A stretch of DNA of 64,000 nucleotides from an uncultured virus (IMG/VR IMGVR_UViG_3300038424_000856) (IMGVR_UViG_3300038424_000856); one strand, 5' to 3'. Positions 14,855 to 25,923 are shown, numbered from the stretch's first letter. Numbers and translations are program-made. Notes: a model not told the origin generated them from the letters alone.

Positions 14855-15802
14855 ATGTCATTACAAAGCATACCAATCAGTGGTTTAAATCCGGATAGTG
14901 TAGTTGTATCAAGTGATTTTATACCAATAGTTCAAAGTTCTTCTTTAACAACTTTTAGAGTACCATTGTCAGTGTTAGCGAATTGGATATCTTCGTCTGT
15001 TGATGCTAGTTCTTCATTTTCATCTGTATCAGCATCATATGCCTACTCAGGCAGTTGGGCTTTTATGAGTATTAGCTCCAGTTATTTAATTTATCCTAAT
15101 TTATCTACTGCTTCATATGCAATAAGTTCAAGTTATGCAATAAGTTCAAGTTATACAATAAGTGCTTCGTGGGCATCATCGCCTGCTAGTTCTTCGTGGG
15201 CTTCTCGGTCTATTTGGTCGTTATCATCATCGTTTGCTTCTCGGTCTATTTGGTCGTTATCATCATCGTGGGCTTCACAGTCAATAAGTTCATCGTGGAG
15301 TCCATTTATTCCATCAGTTAGTGCCTCATATGCTTTTAACTCATTGAGTTCAAGTTATTCAGCAACAGCAAGTTATACACCACCATCTGCTAATATGATA
15401 CGTGCTTTTGGTACGATATTAATGGCGCAAGCAAACAAATATGATACTATACTTATTTCATCAGCTTCATATAACATAAAATCTGCTGTATATTTAGGTA
15501 ATAATAATGCAAGTAATATTCTACCAGATAATAATTGGTCTTCACCATTAGGTGTAAATACATTACACACTCATTTACCCGGAAATGCCATTTGTATTAC
15601 GTTTAATAATCCTATGCCAACAAAATATTATACGGTTGTAAATACCTATAATGGATACGAACCTTATGGGTATGAGGGTATTAATACATATATCAGTCCA
15701 GTAGGTCAAACTATTAATGGATATACTATGTCATTTTCTGGTGGTGATAATAGTAGTACTGAAGGAAAATTCTTAACTAATTTCATGGTTTTACATCCGT
15801 AA
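14855..15802 (+). CDS. Tail fibre-like protein
   Basis: ISGL..DFIPIVQ head, SSSWAS repeats, ITFNNPMPTKYY tip domain. Confidence 0.65.
   Translation: MSLQSIPISGLNPDSVVVSSDFIPIVQSSSLTTFRVPLSVLANWISSSVDASSSFSSVSASYAYSGSWAFMSISSSYLIYPNLSTASYAISSSYAISSSYTISASWASSPASSSWASRSIWSLSSSFASRSIWSLSSSWASQSISSSWSPFIPSVSASYAFNSLSSSYSATASYTPPSANMIRAFGTILMAQANKYDTILISSASYNIKSAVYLGNNNASNILPDNNWSSPLGVNTLHTHLPGNAICITFNNPMPTKYYTVVNTYNGYEPYGYEGINTYISPVGQTINGYTMSFSGGDNSSTEGKFLTNFMVLHP
15200..15269 (+). repeat. Intragenic tandem repeat with a 36-nt period
   Basis: GCTTCTCGGTCTATTTGGTCGTTATCATCATCGT twice. Confidence 0.9.
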
Positions 15803-15837
15803 AATAGTTATAATATATTACTACTGATGAATTCATA

Positions 15838-16839
15838 ATGAAAGACAAAAACTTACTAAAGTCTAAATTTTCATGGATATTAGGATGTTCAGCACTTTTT
15901 ATAGCATTGTGTGCAGCATTTTTTAGTGTTTATGGTATTTCAACCCTTTTTGCAGGAGCATTTATTTCCGCTGTAATTATGGCGTCATCTCTTGAAATAG
16001 GTAAATTGGTTGGAGTTACATTTCTATATCGTTATTGGACAAAATGTAGGGGATTTTTAAAAGCATATTTAATAAGTGCTATTTTGGTATTAATGCTTAT
16101 AACGTCATTAGGTATTTTTGGTTATTTATCGGCTGCTTATCAAAAATCTTCCTCAGAATTTAATGTGGCACAAGAAAAGATATCAAATGTACAGGACCAA
16201 AAAACCTATTACAAAGATAAAATAGATGTGGCTAAAAAGCGTATTGATGACCTTACTAAACTTCGGGCTTCTCAAGAAACTACAATAAATAACGTGATAG
16301 AAAAGAAAGGTCTTTTTTCTTCAAAGTGGAATCAATCATCACAACAACAAACGGTGGATTTAATCTCTGATACTGATAAGAGTATAAAAGAAGAAAATCA
16401 AAAAATACAAGAATCTATTGATACTATTCGTGGTATTGACAATCAAATTAATCAGTTAAAATCAACAATAGTAGCAAGAAAAGATATTCAGACTTTTAAA
16501 TTTGTTGCCGATGCATTAAAATTACCATTGGATACTGTAGCTAGATGGTTTATTTTATGTTTAATTTTTGTATTTGACCCATTGGCAATTTCTTTAGTTT
16601 TAGCATACAATGTAGCTGTTTATAGAAAAGAAGATGAATCCGTATATGATAGAAATACAAATAATATTCCAGTATTGTTGAAAAGCGAACCAGAACCTTT
16701 GCCACCACCCATATCTCAACCAAAAATTGATTCAGAACCTTTGCCTACTGTCAAAGAGGAACCAAAAGTAGAGAAAATAGAAGAAAAGAAACCTAAATAT
16801 AATATGCCATTGTGGTATAAACAAATGTTTAAACTTTAA
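15838..16839 (+). CDS. Membrane protein with a coiled coil
   Basis: Three N-terminal TM helices, coiled coil, IFVFDPLAI TM, Pro-rich tail. Confidence 0.8.
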   Translation: MKDKNLLKSKFSWILGCSALFIALCAAFFSVYGISTLFAGAFISAVIMASSLEIGKLVGVTFLYRYWTKCRGFLKAYLISAILVLMLITSLGIFGYLSAAYQKSSSEFNVAQEKISNVQDQKTYYKDKIDVAKKRIDDLTKLRASQETTINNVIEKKGLFSSKWNQSSQQQTVDLISDTDKSIKEENQKIQESIDTIRGIDNQINQLKSTIVARKDIQTFKFVADALKLPLDTVARWFILCLIFVFDPLAISLVLAYNVAVYRKEDESVYDRNTNNIPVLLKSEPEPLPPPISQPKIDSEPLPTVKEEPKVEKIEEKKPKYNMPLWYKQMFKL

Positions 16840-16944
16840 TACTTGCCAAAATGAATAACATATATTAAACTCAATTATATTAAAAATTTTGATATTTAAT
16901 TAGTTATTCAACTATATATGACGCTGATAATCCTTATGTAATTA

Positions 16945-17082
16945 ATGATGAATCAATCTGATATAAATTGTATAGTAGAACTATTAAGTAAAGCCATAAA
17001 ACAAAATGATTGGGATGCCGTGGCAGAAGCTCTTGAATATATTCAAGAATTTCAAGATGACCCCCAATATGAAGAAGAATAA
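16945..17082 (+). CDS. Small acidic protein (45 aa)
   Basis: Hand-read ORF MMNQSDINCIVELL...DDPQYEEE. Confidence 0.5.
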   Translation: MMNQSDINCIVELLSKAIKQNDWDAVAEALEYIQEFQDDPQYEEE

Positions 17083-17085
17083 CAT

Positions 17086-17379
17086 ATGTTAATTTCTTTA
17101 GTTATATTGTTGTTAATATTATTAATAGTATCTGTTGTTTTCAACTTTCTCCTTTTAAAAGCAGGTGAACGACAACTTGTAATAAATGAATTGTATATAA
17201 GCTGGATATCTGAATGGAGAATACAAGTTCTAAAGACTTGGGCACATATGAAAATGCTTGATGATAAGCAAATGTTTGAAAAAGACGATGAAGTTGGCAT
17301 TGTATTTCAAGATATGAAAGACCTTATACAGAATCTTAATAATAGAACTGAAGAAACCATAGAAGAAGAAGGAGAATAA
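17086..17379 (+). CDS. Membrane-anchored protein
   Basis: N-terminal TM; FEKDDEVG motif. Confidence 0.75.
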   Translation: MLISLVILLLILLIVSVVFNFLLLKAGERQLVINELYISWISEWRIQVLKTWAHMKMLDDKQMFEKDDEVGIVFQDMKDLIQNLNNRTEETIEEEGE

Positions 17380-17387
17380 AATTTTCT

Positions 17388-18317
17388 ATGAAGAAGAAAA
17401 AAACCCTGAAGCATAGTCATGTCCATAAATTCAATAAGAAGAATAGAAAACTAAGAAAAAAAACTATTCATCGAAAAAAAAGAGTTGTTCGTCATTATAG
17501 AAGAAAGGTGATGCGCCGATATCATAAGAAAAGAGTTATAAAAAATCCTATAATATCATCTGTATCTCCCATTGTAGTAATTACACCACCAAAACGAGGT
17601 AAAAGAAGTAGTAACACCTCCATTAGTAAGATGTATTTTACTAAAGATACTGAGGATTCTATTATTAAATATAATAACACAACTGATTCTCAAATTAGAG
17701 AAGATATTTACAATACTAAAATTAAACATCCGTTTGAAAAATTAGTTGAGAATATTTTTAATACATTTAAATTTAGTTATTTTGAAATTGGTCCTTTGGA
17801 TGTTCAAAAAGAAACTGTCGCTCATTTAGTATCAAACATACATAAATTTGAAGCTGGAAAGGGTAAAGCTTTTTCTTATTTTTCAATTATAGCAAAACAT
17901 TATTTAATTGCGTTAAATAACTCAACTTATAAAAGACGTAACCAACATGTCGAAATAAGTGAAGAGCATGATGAAAATACAGTTCAGCTTCAAACCGAAG
18001 ATAAACATTATAAAGATGCAGAAATGCATGAATTCATGGAGTTGATGATAAAATTTTGGGAAAATAATGTAGGAAAAATTTTTACCAAACAAAGGGATTT
18101 AGATATAGCTAATGCGGTTATTGAATTGTTTAGAAGTTCTGACCGAATAGATGCATTCAATAAAAAAGCTTTATATCTCTATATCCGAGAAATTTCGTCT
18201 TGTAAAACCCAGCAAATTACTAAAGTAATCAACAAGATGAAACAATATCAAAATAACATATCCCGTTCTTATCTTAACCAAGGTTCTATAAATACCGAAA
18301 ATTACATAAAGGTTTAA
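17388..18317 (+). CDS. Putative phage late sigma-like transcription factor
   Basis: YFTKDTE..IIKYN, KF..GKGKAFSYFSIIAKHYLI (sigma region-2/gp55-like) and a C-terminal HTH-like segment. Confidence 0.6.
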   Translation: MKKKKTLKHSHVHKFNKKNRKLRKKTIHRKKRVVRHYRRKVMRRYHKKRVIKNPIISSVSPIVVITPPKRGKRSSNTSISKMYFTKDTEDSIIKYNNTTDSQIREDIYNTKIKHPFEKLVENIFNTFKFSYFEIGPLDVQKETVAHLVSNIHKFEAGKGKAFSYFSIIAKHYLIALNNSTYKRRNQHVEISEEHDENTVQLQTEDKHYKDAEMHEFMELMIKFWENNVGKIFTKQRDLDIANAVIELFRSSDRIDAFNKKALYLYIREISSCKTQQITKVINKMKQYQNNISRSYLNQGSINTENYIKV

Positions 18318-18347
18318 TAAAATACCATACGCCTCTATTTATAGGGT

Positions 18348-18725
18348 ATGGAAACTGATTTTGAATTATTTGAAGGAAAATCCTTCAGGGATTTATGTAG
18401 AGATATTGTTACTAATCAAACTCATCGCAAAGAACAAATCGAAATTTTTATTGGAGATTTGCGTCCAATGATTAAAACGGTTAACGATGCTATGCAAGTT
18501 GTTCCTCTTATAAAACAATATATTGATGCAGGCATTTCTAATGACGAACATCTTGTAAAATTGGCTCAAATTTGCCAAAGAATTATGGCTATTCAAGCTA
18601 ATGTTGAAGCCGGTGGTGGTTCTTTTGGTCTTAGTGAAGAAGAAAAAAAAGAATTGATGACTACTATTGATGAGATTAAGAAATCAGATTCGGTTATTGT
18701 TAAAACTATTTCTCAAAAGGAATAA
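18348..18725 (+). CDS. Hypothetical late protein
   Basis: 125 aa ORF behind the CTATTTATA motif. Confidence 0.75.
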   Translation: METDFELFEGKSFRDLCRDIVTNQTHRKEQIEIFIGDLRPMIKTVNDAMQVVPLIKQYIDAGISNDEHLVKLAQICQRIMAIQANVEAGGGSFGLSEEEKKELMTTIDEIKKSDSVIVKTISQKE

Positions 18726-18728
18726 GTT

Positions 18729-20345
18729 ATGTCATATTGGAATAGACCTTTTAGTAACTTTGCTCCTTCGTTAGATACAGTATCTCTTTCTGCTGGTATG
18801 CGAAAGGGTAAGACTACTGCTGATGAATTTTATGAAATAGAACCTGCTATAGTCTTAGATATAATATTAGACATAAATCATCCTTATTTTAAAGAAAAAA
18901 ATTATAAATTGATTCCTGACCAATGGCCTGTCTGTATAAATGGAAAACCGCCTCTAAATACCGACCAAGATTATACTTGGGTAGGTAGAGCGCAAGTCAG
19001 GCTTCTTTATAGTCAACGTAATGTAGCTAAAGAAGATTTGATATGGGCAATACCTTTGGAATCCAATATATCAGAATATCCTGTATTAAATGAAATTGTT
19101 GGTGTAGTATTTTATTTGGGTCAATATTATTATACAAGAAAAATTAACATCTTTAATACTCCTAACGCTGATGCTAATTTTAATATGGAATTAGCGTATG
19201 GTGGATTTAGAGATAATCCTCAATCTATAATTCAAGGAAATAGAGAATTATTGGTTAATTCTACAGACCCAAAAATTCCGTATATTGGACCACCCTCTAA
19301 GTTAAACTCTTTAGGTAGTGTTGGATATGTAGGTGCATTAGGAAGATATTTTTTTTATAATAATAGAATACGATGCCTTAAGAGAAGAGAAGGAGATTTG
19401 ATTTTTGAAAGTCGTTTTGGGCAGTCTATTCGATTTGCTTCTTATGATGACAACAGAAATAATGATAAAGGTTATAATTCTGATTTCAGTGGATATGCTG
19501 ATTATAAAGGTAGTGGTATAACCAATCCATATTCTAAAACAGAAGCAGGTGGCGGCAATCCTATGCTTCTTATTCGCAATCGTCAACGACCATTAAATTC
19601 AACAAGTGATGATGAGAAAAATGTTGGTGGTTACATGCTAGAAGATATTAATAATGATGGTTCTTCTATACATCTTACATCAGGTGTTACTTTAAGTGCA
19701 TTTCAAACAACATGCTTAAAGAAAATGTGGGGAATGGGAGAAGAACAATCTAAATTTAACGGTAATACTTTATTTGTATTTCCTAAATTATTAGGTGACC
19801 AGATAGTAATAAACAGTGATAGAATTGTTATTTCAGCTAAAAGAAACGAAATGTTTCAATATTCAAAAAAACGAATGGCATTTGTTACGGATGATGAATT
19901 TACAGTTGATGCTCAAAATCAAATAGTTATTAACACAAACAATAAAACGGTATTAAATTCCCCGGCTATTTATTTAGGAGAATATAATCAGACTAATGAA
20001 CCTGTTTTGCTTGGGCAAACATCGGTCAATTGGCTGTATAATTTGTGTAATTGGTTATTGGAACATACCCATTGGTATAAACACAATCATCCGGATGCAC
20101 AGGGTGGAACAGTGGGTGGCCCAAATCCGGTTCAAACACAAGCATCGGTTCAGATAGCATCTTTGATTGTATTAAGAGATACTTTAAATTTATTAATGAG
20201 TAGAAGAGTATTTGTAGTGGGTGGCGGGCTAGCACCGGGTGTGAATGGTGGGACTATTCCAAACGGTGCATCACCTGTAACAATAACCACACCTTCTGGG
20301 ACTGGAGTTCCGGGCGGATGGGGCGGGTCTAATTATAAAACATAA
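18729..20345 (+). CDS. Baseplate hub/central spike (gp5/VgrG-like)
   Basis: OB-fold YP..NEIV, GD.IFESRFGQSIRF, beta-helix QIVINSDRIVI, HTH..HNH metal tip. Confidence 0.7.
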   Translation: MSYWNRPFSNFAPSLDTVSLSAGMRKGKTTADEFYEIEPAIVLDIILDINHPYFKEKNYKLIPDQWPVCINGKPPLNTDQDYTWVGRAQVRLLYSQRNVAKEDLIWAIPLESNISEYPVLNEIVGVVFYLGQYYYTRKINIFNTPNADANFNMELAYGGFRDNPQSIIQGNRELLVNSTDPKIPYIGPPSKLNSLGSVGYVGALGRYFFYNNRIRCLKRREGDLIFESRFGQSIRFASYDDNRNNDKGYNSDFSGYADYKGSGITNPYSKTEAGGGNPMLLIRNRQRPLNSTSDDEKNVGGYMLEDINNDGSSIHLTSGVTLSAFQTTCLKKMWGMGEEQSKFNGNTLFVFPKLLGDQIVINSDRIVISAKRNEMFQYSKKRMAFVTDDEFTVDAQNQIVINTNNKTVLNSPAIYLGEYNQTNEPVLLGQTSVNWLYNLCNWLLEHTHWYKHNHPDAQGGTVGGPNPVQTQASVQIASLIVLRDTLNLLMSRRVFVVGGGLAPGVNGGTIPNGASPVTITTPSGTGVPGGWGGSNYKT

Positions 20346-20353
20346 TACATAAT

Positions 20354-20908
20354 ATGAAAATAGATGAATTAAGAAAAGCTATTCGACACTTGGTAAGACA
20401 AGAAGTTAAAAAAACGGTAGCAGAAGAGGTCAGTAAAGCTATGGGTAAGGTGTTGGTGGAAATGGTAAAGGAAATTAAATCCAATAATCCTTCTAAGATA
20501 ATTGAAGATGTTGAAGAAGTGCCAGAATCTACTGCTGCTATCATACAAACAAAAAATCCAAAACTTAATTCTGTTTTGGCTGAAACTGCTCGTAATTTCA
20601 AACCATTACAGAAAACAACTGATGCATCTTTGATAGAATTGATTGGTGGCGGAATGGCAAAAATAGGTCAAGAGGAAAATATGGAATCAGAACAACCTGC
20701 TACTAAAATAGATTTCCTGAAACAAATAGTAGGACAGCCATCAGAAGTAAGTCAACCATCTGCTTTAGATGGCGGAGCTGAAGTTCCTGCTGCTTTAAAG
20801 AAGGTTTTCAAAAAGGACTTTAGAGCTATTATGAAAAGGATAGATGAACAGAAAAAGGGAACAGCTAGTGGAGGATATATTGATACTACAAAACTTTTAT
20901 CTGGATAA
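20354..20908 (+). CDS. Hypothetical virion protein
   Basis: MKIDELRKAIRHLVRQEV N-terminal motif. Confidence 0.75.
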   Translation: MKIDELRKAIRHLVRQEVKKTVAEEVSKAMGKVLVEMVKEIKSNNPSKIIEDVEEVPESTAAIIQTKNPKLNSVLAETARNFKPLQKTTDASLIELIGGGMAKIGQEENMESEQPATKIDFLKQIVGQPSEVSQPSALDGGAEVPAALKKVFKKDFRAIMKRIDEQKKGTASGGYIDTTKLLSG

Positions 20909-20910
20909 TT

Positions 20911-21345
20911 ATGGCAACTATAGTCACAAATCCTATATCAGCAGTTCCAATTGGATTAACTTTACCAATTCAAGATGGTAATAGTGGATATTTTGCACAA
21001 TCGTTTGATACTTTAACACAAGTTAAAACCAATATTACTAATCTTTTAAATACTCGTCAGGGAGAAAAAAGATTTCAACCAACATTTGGAACAAGATTAT
21101 GGAATTTGGTTTTTGAACAAAACGTAGATACGTTGAAAGACCAAGCAATTAATATAGTGAGTGAAGATATATCATCATGGATACCAAATGTGACGGTTAC
21201 TAATGTAACTGCTAATTTATTAACAAGTAATCAAATAATAGCAGAAACAGATATTTATATGTTGGAAATTGCTGTGACTTTCATGGTAAATTTAACAAAA
21301 CAAATTGACACGGTAATAGTAACAATTAATAATGCCTTACAGTAA
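20911..21345 (+). CDS. Baseplate wedge subunit, gp25-like
   Basis: NLLNTRQGEKRFQPTFG..L.FE..WIP. Confidence 0.9.
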   Translation: MATIVTNPISAVPIGLTLPIQDGNSGYFAQSFDTLTQVKTNITNLLNTRQGEKRFQPTFGTRLWNLVFEQNVDTLKDQAINIVSEDISSWIPNVTVTNVTANLLTSNQIIAETDIYMLEIAVTFMVNLTKQIDTVIVTINNALQ

Positions 21346-21348
21346 TTT

Positions 21349-23337
21349 ATGGCAACAACAACACAAAAAAGCTTTCAGCCAAATAGTAAAGAAGTAAGAT
21401 ATCTCAATAAGGATTTTTCTCAATTTCGCCAAAATCTTATTAATTTTGCCAAGTATTATTTTCCAAACACTTATGCTGATTTTAATGATGCAGCTCCGGG
21501 TATGATGTTTATTGAAATGGCATCTTATGTTGGAGATGTTTTATCTTATTATACTGACTATGCTTTCAAAGAGGGTCTTCTTTATAATACAACAGAGAGA
21601 AAAAATATTATCGCTCTAGCAAAATATCTTGGTTATACAACTTCGCCGGCAAAAGGTGCCACCGGACAGATAAATGTATCTCAAATTTGTCCTACTACAG
21701 TTGATGAGAATGGAAATTATGTTCCTGATAATAATTATGCATTAAGTATTCAGGAAAATATGCAAGTGTCTAATAATGCTGGTGCATATTTTTTGACTTC
21801 TGAAACCATAGATTTCACAGTTAATACCAACTTATCTCCGTTGACTTCATCAGTTTATCAAAGAGATAATACAGGAGTTCCCACATTTTTCTTATTGCAA
21901 AAAACTTCTAATATTCGTTCAGGACAAATTGTAACTAAAACTTTTACAATTAGTGCAATGCAACCATTTATAAATCTTTATCTTGATGAGGATAATGTTT
22001 TGGAAATCATAAGCGTGGTTGATTCTGATAATAATCAATGGCATCAAGTTGATTTCTTAGCTCAAGAAATGGTTCTTACTGATGTTCCAAATAATGAAGC
22101 ATTTGAAGGAACGCTTTCCACTTATCAAGGTACTGTTCCTTATATTCTTGATTACTTGAAAACATCACGAAGATTTACAGTTAATGTAGATGAAAATAAT
22201 AAAACATATTTGCAATTTGGAGCTGGAACGAGTGGATTTGCTGATGAAATTATTAATTTAAGTTCACAACAAATTGGAGTTGGATTATCTAACATAAGTA
22301 ATCTTAATTTACCAATAGACCCTTCTAATTTTCTTAATAATGACACTTACGGATTAGCACCACAAAATACTACATTGACTGTAACATATACAATTGGTGG
22401 TGGTTTTGAGTCAAATTCACCATCAAATTCCATTATCAATGTCGATTCAGTTACTATAAACAATTCAACAGATGGACTTACACCTGAACAAACGTCACTT
22501 CTCAATACCGTTCAAAGTTCTTTAAAAGTTAACAACCCAGATGCTACCGTGGGCGGTGCTGGACCTGAAAGTAATGACAATATTCGGCAAAATGCTATTG
22601 CTGCTTTTGCAGCTCAGAATAGAGTAGTTACACAAAATGATTATTTGGCAAGAGTATATGCATTACCCCCAAAATATGGTTCAATTGCTAAAGCGCAGGT
22701 TATAACTTATAATAGTTTGGATGTATATCAAAATCAAATTTTAACAGGAACAGTTAGTCAAGACAATATTGCTATTGTTAATAATGCCAATACCCAAACT
22801 TATTTTAGGAATGTTGCTTTTGATAGAAGCAATCCTTTTGCTGTTAACCTTTATATTTTGTCATTTGATGAAAATGGAAATCTTACTCAATCAAATGAAG
22901 CGTTGGTAACTAATTTGTTGACTTATTTGAGACGTTATAGAATGTTGACTGATGGCATTAATGTTATTGATGGTTATATAATCAATATAGGAGTCCAATT
23001 TACAATCAGTGTTTTCAAAGGTTATAATAAGAAAGATGTATTAACAAATGCTATTGCTGCTGTTCAAGCTTTTTTTGATATAGATAAATGGGAATTCTCA
23101 CAACCTATTAATTTAAGTAGCTTAAGATTGGAAATTGCTAAAGTTGAAGGTGTTCAGACGGTTGTATCGTTAAATATTATCAATCTTACACCATTAACAA
23201 CCAATGGTGGAAATTATTCTCCCGTAGCATACGATATTTCAGCTGCTACTAAAAATGACATAATTTATCCTTCTTTGGACCCATCCATTTTTGAAGTAAA
23301 ATATCCAAACAGTGATATACAAGGAACCACAATGTAA
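21349..23337 (+). CDS. Baseplate wedge protein, gp6-like
   Basis: DF..FRQNL, SYVGDVLSYY, LAKYLGY, LQFG, AQNRVVTQNDY. Confidence 0.9.
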   Translation: MATTTQKSFQPNSKEVRYLNKDFSQFRQNLINFAKYYFPNTYADFNDAAPGMMFIEMASYVGDVLSYYTDYAFKEGLLYNTTERKNIIALAKYLGYTTSPAKGATGQINVSQICPTTVDENGNYVPDNNYALSIQENMQVSNNAGAYFLTSETIDFTVNTNLSPLTSSVYQRDNTGVPTFFLLQKTSNIRSGQIVTKTFTISAMQPFINLYLDEDNVLEIISVVDSDNNQWHQVDFLAQEMVLTDVPNNEAFEGTLSTYQGTVPYILDYLKTSRRFTVNVDENNKTYLQFGAGTSGFADEIINLSSQQIGVGLSNISNLNLPIDPSNFLNNDTYGLAPQNTTLTVTYTIGGGFESNSPSNSIINVDSVTINNSTDGLTPEQTSLLNTVQSSLKVNNPDATVGGAGPESNDNIRQNAIAAFAAQNRVVTQNDYLARVYALPPKYGSIAKAQVITYNSLDVYQNQILTGTVSQDNIAIVNNANTQTYFRNVAFDRSNPFAVNLYILSFDENGNLTQSNEALVTNLLTYLRRYRMLTDGINVIDGYIINIGVQFTISVFKGYNKKDVLTNAIAAVQAFFDIDKWEFSQPINLSSLRLEIAKVEGVQTVVSLNIINLTPLTTNGGNYSPVAYDISAATKNDIIYPSLDPSIFEVKYPNSDIQGTTM

Positions 23338-23357
23338 ATTAGGTAAGATTAAACAAT

Positions 23358-25922
23358 ATGCATCATTTCATTTATCCATCACAAGACACATTCATAACCA
23401 ACACTGTAGGACTTGAAGACCTAAATTTTGGATTGGATGAAATTTTGCGTGTAGGTACTGAAACGATTACTGTTAAAAGCACATCACCAACTACAACTAT
23501 TCCTATCTTTGGAACGGTATTAAATTTATGTGTGTCAGGATTTTCAGGTTCTATTGTTAATTCTTCCATTTATGGGACAGCATCATTTGCATCGGGAGTG
23601 ATTACAAGTAGTATTGATGCAAATGTAACTGCTTCTAATTTTAATGGAATATTGACAGGTAGTTATCTTTCATCTTCTTTATTGAGTGGTTCAGCTTTTA
23701 CAGGTTCATTGACAAATTTCAGTGGTAGTTTTACAGGTATTTTTAGTGGAAGTGTTTCTGGTTATCTTTGGACTGATTATTTACAGTACTTTAACGGTAA
23801 TGTGATTGGGTTTACTGGTCAAATTATTTCAGGAAGTGTTAATGGAGCTGACATTTTACCACAACAAAATACAACCATTTCTGATATAATTTATGATAAT
23901 AGAGCATTAGTTCAATTTGACATAACTGCTATTTCTCAGTCCATTGCTAGTAGGGATATTGTTAATCCAGAATTTAGACTAAAATTAAAGGTAGCAAGGG
24001 AATTTGAATTACCTATACAATATCATATTTATGCTTTTCCAATTTCTGAAAGTTGGGTAATGGGTAATGGATATGTATCTGATAACGGTTCATCACAGGG
24101 GGCTAACTGGATATATAGAGATTATGATGGAGGCACACCTTGGGCTACTACAGGTTCATCTTATATTTCATCTTTATCTGTTACTCAGTCTTTTAATTAT
24201 CAGGTTGGTGACATCAATGTGGATGTTACACCCATTGTCAATGCATGGGTAAGTGGAACAGTTCCTAATAATGGAATTGTTTTAATCAGCGGTGATGAAT
24301 TTGCACCAACAAGTTCAGGTATGAGTTTGTATTTCTTTAGTAAGGATACTAACACTATTTATGAACCTATTTTGGATGTTGGATGGAGTGATTTTTCTTG
24401 GTCAACGGGTAGTATAATCACTTCTAGTGCGAATATTTCTACAATTCCTGCAGGTATTTCTGGAAGTGTTAGTGATAGTGGTTCTATAAGTGGTTTCCTA
24501 TTTGGTTGTTTCACAGGATTTGGTAATATGTCCTTTTCTTCTAGTATTGACCCTATTAGTGGCTCTAGTGGTTCTTTTATCACAAATTCTTATGCGAGTG
24601 GGATAATTCAAGCAACTGGACTTTCTGGGTTGATAACAAGTATGTCTATCAATGGGGATTTTGTTGGTATGGTTAGTAGTTCTACAGTTTGTTTAATTTC
24701 TACTTGTAGTTCATGCATACCAAACTTTTATTCCAGAACTGGTGATAGTTGGGTTATTGATGGTCAATTTCCGTCAATGTATTCTCCATATCCTAATGTG
24801 CCGGGGTTTGTACAGGAAGGTCTAGCATATCTTAATCAAGGTCAAAATCAATCACAATACGAAGGTCATGACATATATGGTTGGGGTGATAAGTTTAATG
24901 AATTTAACCAATATGACTGGACGAGTGACCACGTTTTTCAGGAGGAATTTGGACCGGGTTCCATACCGTTTTTTGTAAATAAAGGATGTAATTGCAATCC
25001 TACTCAACAAGGAGCGATAGCATATTCCTATTCTAGTAGTCTATATAACTGTGCAACTGGCGATCCATGTATTCAATCTGCAATTGATAATACAACATGT
25101 CTTGGTCCATGTAATCCTTCTTTATCTATTACAATATCATTAATTATGGGAACTTTTACAGATGGAATTTTTAGTGGAAGTGTTTTTACTTCAAGTTTCT
25201 GTGATGGATATCTTTTGGGTAGAGGGTTTTTGATTGGTAATTGGAATGAATCAATGATAGATGGTACTATCATAAGTTCATCATATCCATCATCATTTCC
25301 TTCTGGAATTGTAGTAACTTTTGATGGTAATTATTTCAGTGGGTCAGCATTTGGGTCTGTAACGGAACTTCCATTGACTAATAGTTATTCCACTTCTAGT
25401 TATGGTATATTTAGTGGTGTATTTATTAATGGTCTTCTTGCCGGCTATAAGATTTATGCGCCGTTTTCTGGAAGTATAATGAGCTCTAGTTACAGTTACA
25501 CAAGTAGCCTCAATACAACTTCATCGGTTATCAATCCTGTTAATGTTAAAAGTTCATTTGCTACAGTAATTCAGAATGTTCCATCATCTGTAACTGCTGG
25601 TGATATAATTAAGGTAAATGTTTTTGCTAGACCAGAGTTTCCACTTAAAAATTTTGACAGACAAACCCAATTTACTCAATTTCTTATTCCACAATATTTG
25701 CCTACGTCATCATATTATGCAATTAAAGATAATGAAACCGAAGAAATGATACTTGATTTTGACCAATATACACAATTAAGTTGTAATCTTAATGGTAATT
25801 ATTTTATGCTAGATACCACAAGTTTTCCACAGGAAAGATATTTCAAAATCTTAGTAAGAGTAGAACAAAGTGGAAGTGTTTATACTCTTGACCATAATAA
25901 TATTTTTAAAATTGTTAGATAA
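23358..25922 (+). CDS. Baseplate/virion structural protein (DNRLRE-like domain with insertions)
   Basis: SQDTFI..NFG..EIL, RALVQFD, DVTPIV..W...NNG.....FFSKD...YEP.L. Confidence 0.65.
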   Translation: MHHFIYPSQDTFITNTVGLEDLNFGLDEILRVGTETITVKSTSPTTTIPIFGTVLNLCVSGFSGSIVNSSIYGTASFASGVITSSIDANVTASNFNGILTGSYLSSSLLSGSAFTGSLTNFSGSFTGIFSGSVSGYLWTDYLQYFNGNVIGFTGQIISGSVNGADILPQQNTTISDIIYDNRALVQFDITAISQSIASRDIVNPEFRLKLKVAREFELPIQYHIYAFPISESWVMGNGYVSDNGSSQGANWIYRDYDGGTPWATTGSSYISSLSVTQSFNYQVGDINVDVTPIVNAWVSGTVPNNGIVLISGDEFAPTSSGMSLYFFSKDTNTIYEPILDVGWSDFSWSTGSIITSSANISTIPAGISGSVSDSGSISGFLFGCFTGFGNMSFSSSIDPISGSSGSFITNSYASGIIQATGLSGLITSMSINGDFVGMVSSSTVCLISTCSSCIPNFYSRTGDSWVIDGQFPSMYSPYPNVPGFVQEGLAYLNQGQNQSQYEGHDIYGWGDKFNEFNQYDWTSDHVFQEEFGPGSIPFFVNKGCNCNPTQQGAIAYSYSSSLYNCATGDPCIQSAIDNTTCLGPCNPSLSITISLIMGTFTDGIFSGSVFTSSFCDGYLLGRGFLIGNWNESMIDGTIISSSYPSSFPSGIVVTFDGNYFSGSAFGSVTELPLTNSYSTSSYGIFSGVFINGLLAGYKIYAPFSGSIMSSSYSYTSSLNTTSSVINPVNVKSSFATVIQNVPSSVTAGDIIKVNVFARPEFPLKNFDRQTQFTQFLIPQYLPTSSYYAIKDNETEEMILDFDQYTQLSCNLNGNYFMLDTTSFPQERYFKILVRVEQSGSVYTLDHNNIFKIVR

Positions 25923-25923
25923 T

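Noticed and set aside
15116..15269. 18- and 36-nt repeats as a CRISPR array
   Set aside because: In-frame tandem coding repeats with no spacers and no cas genes
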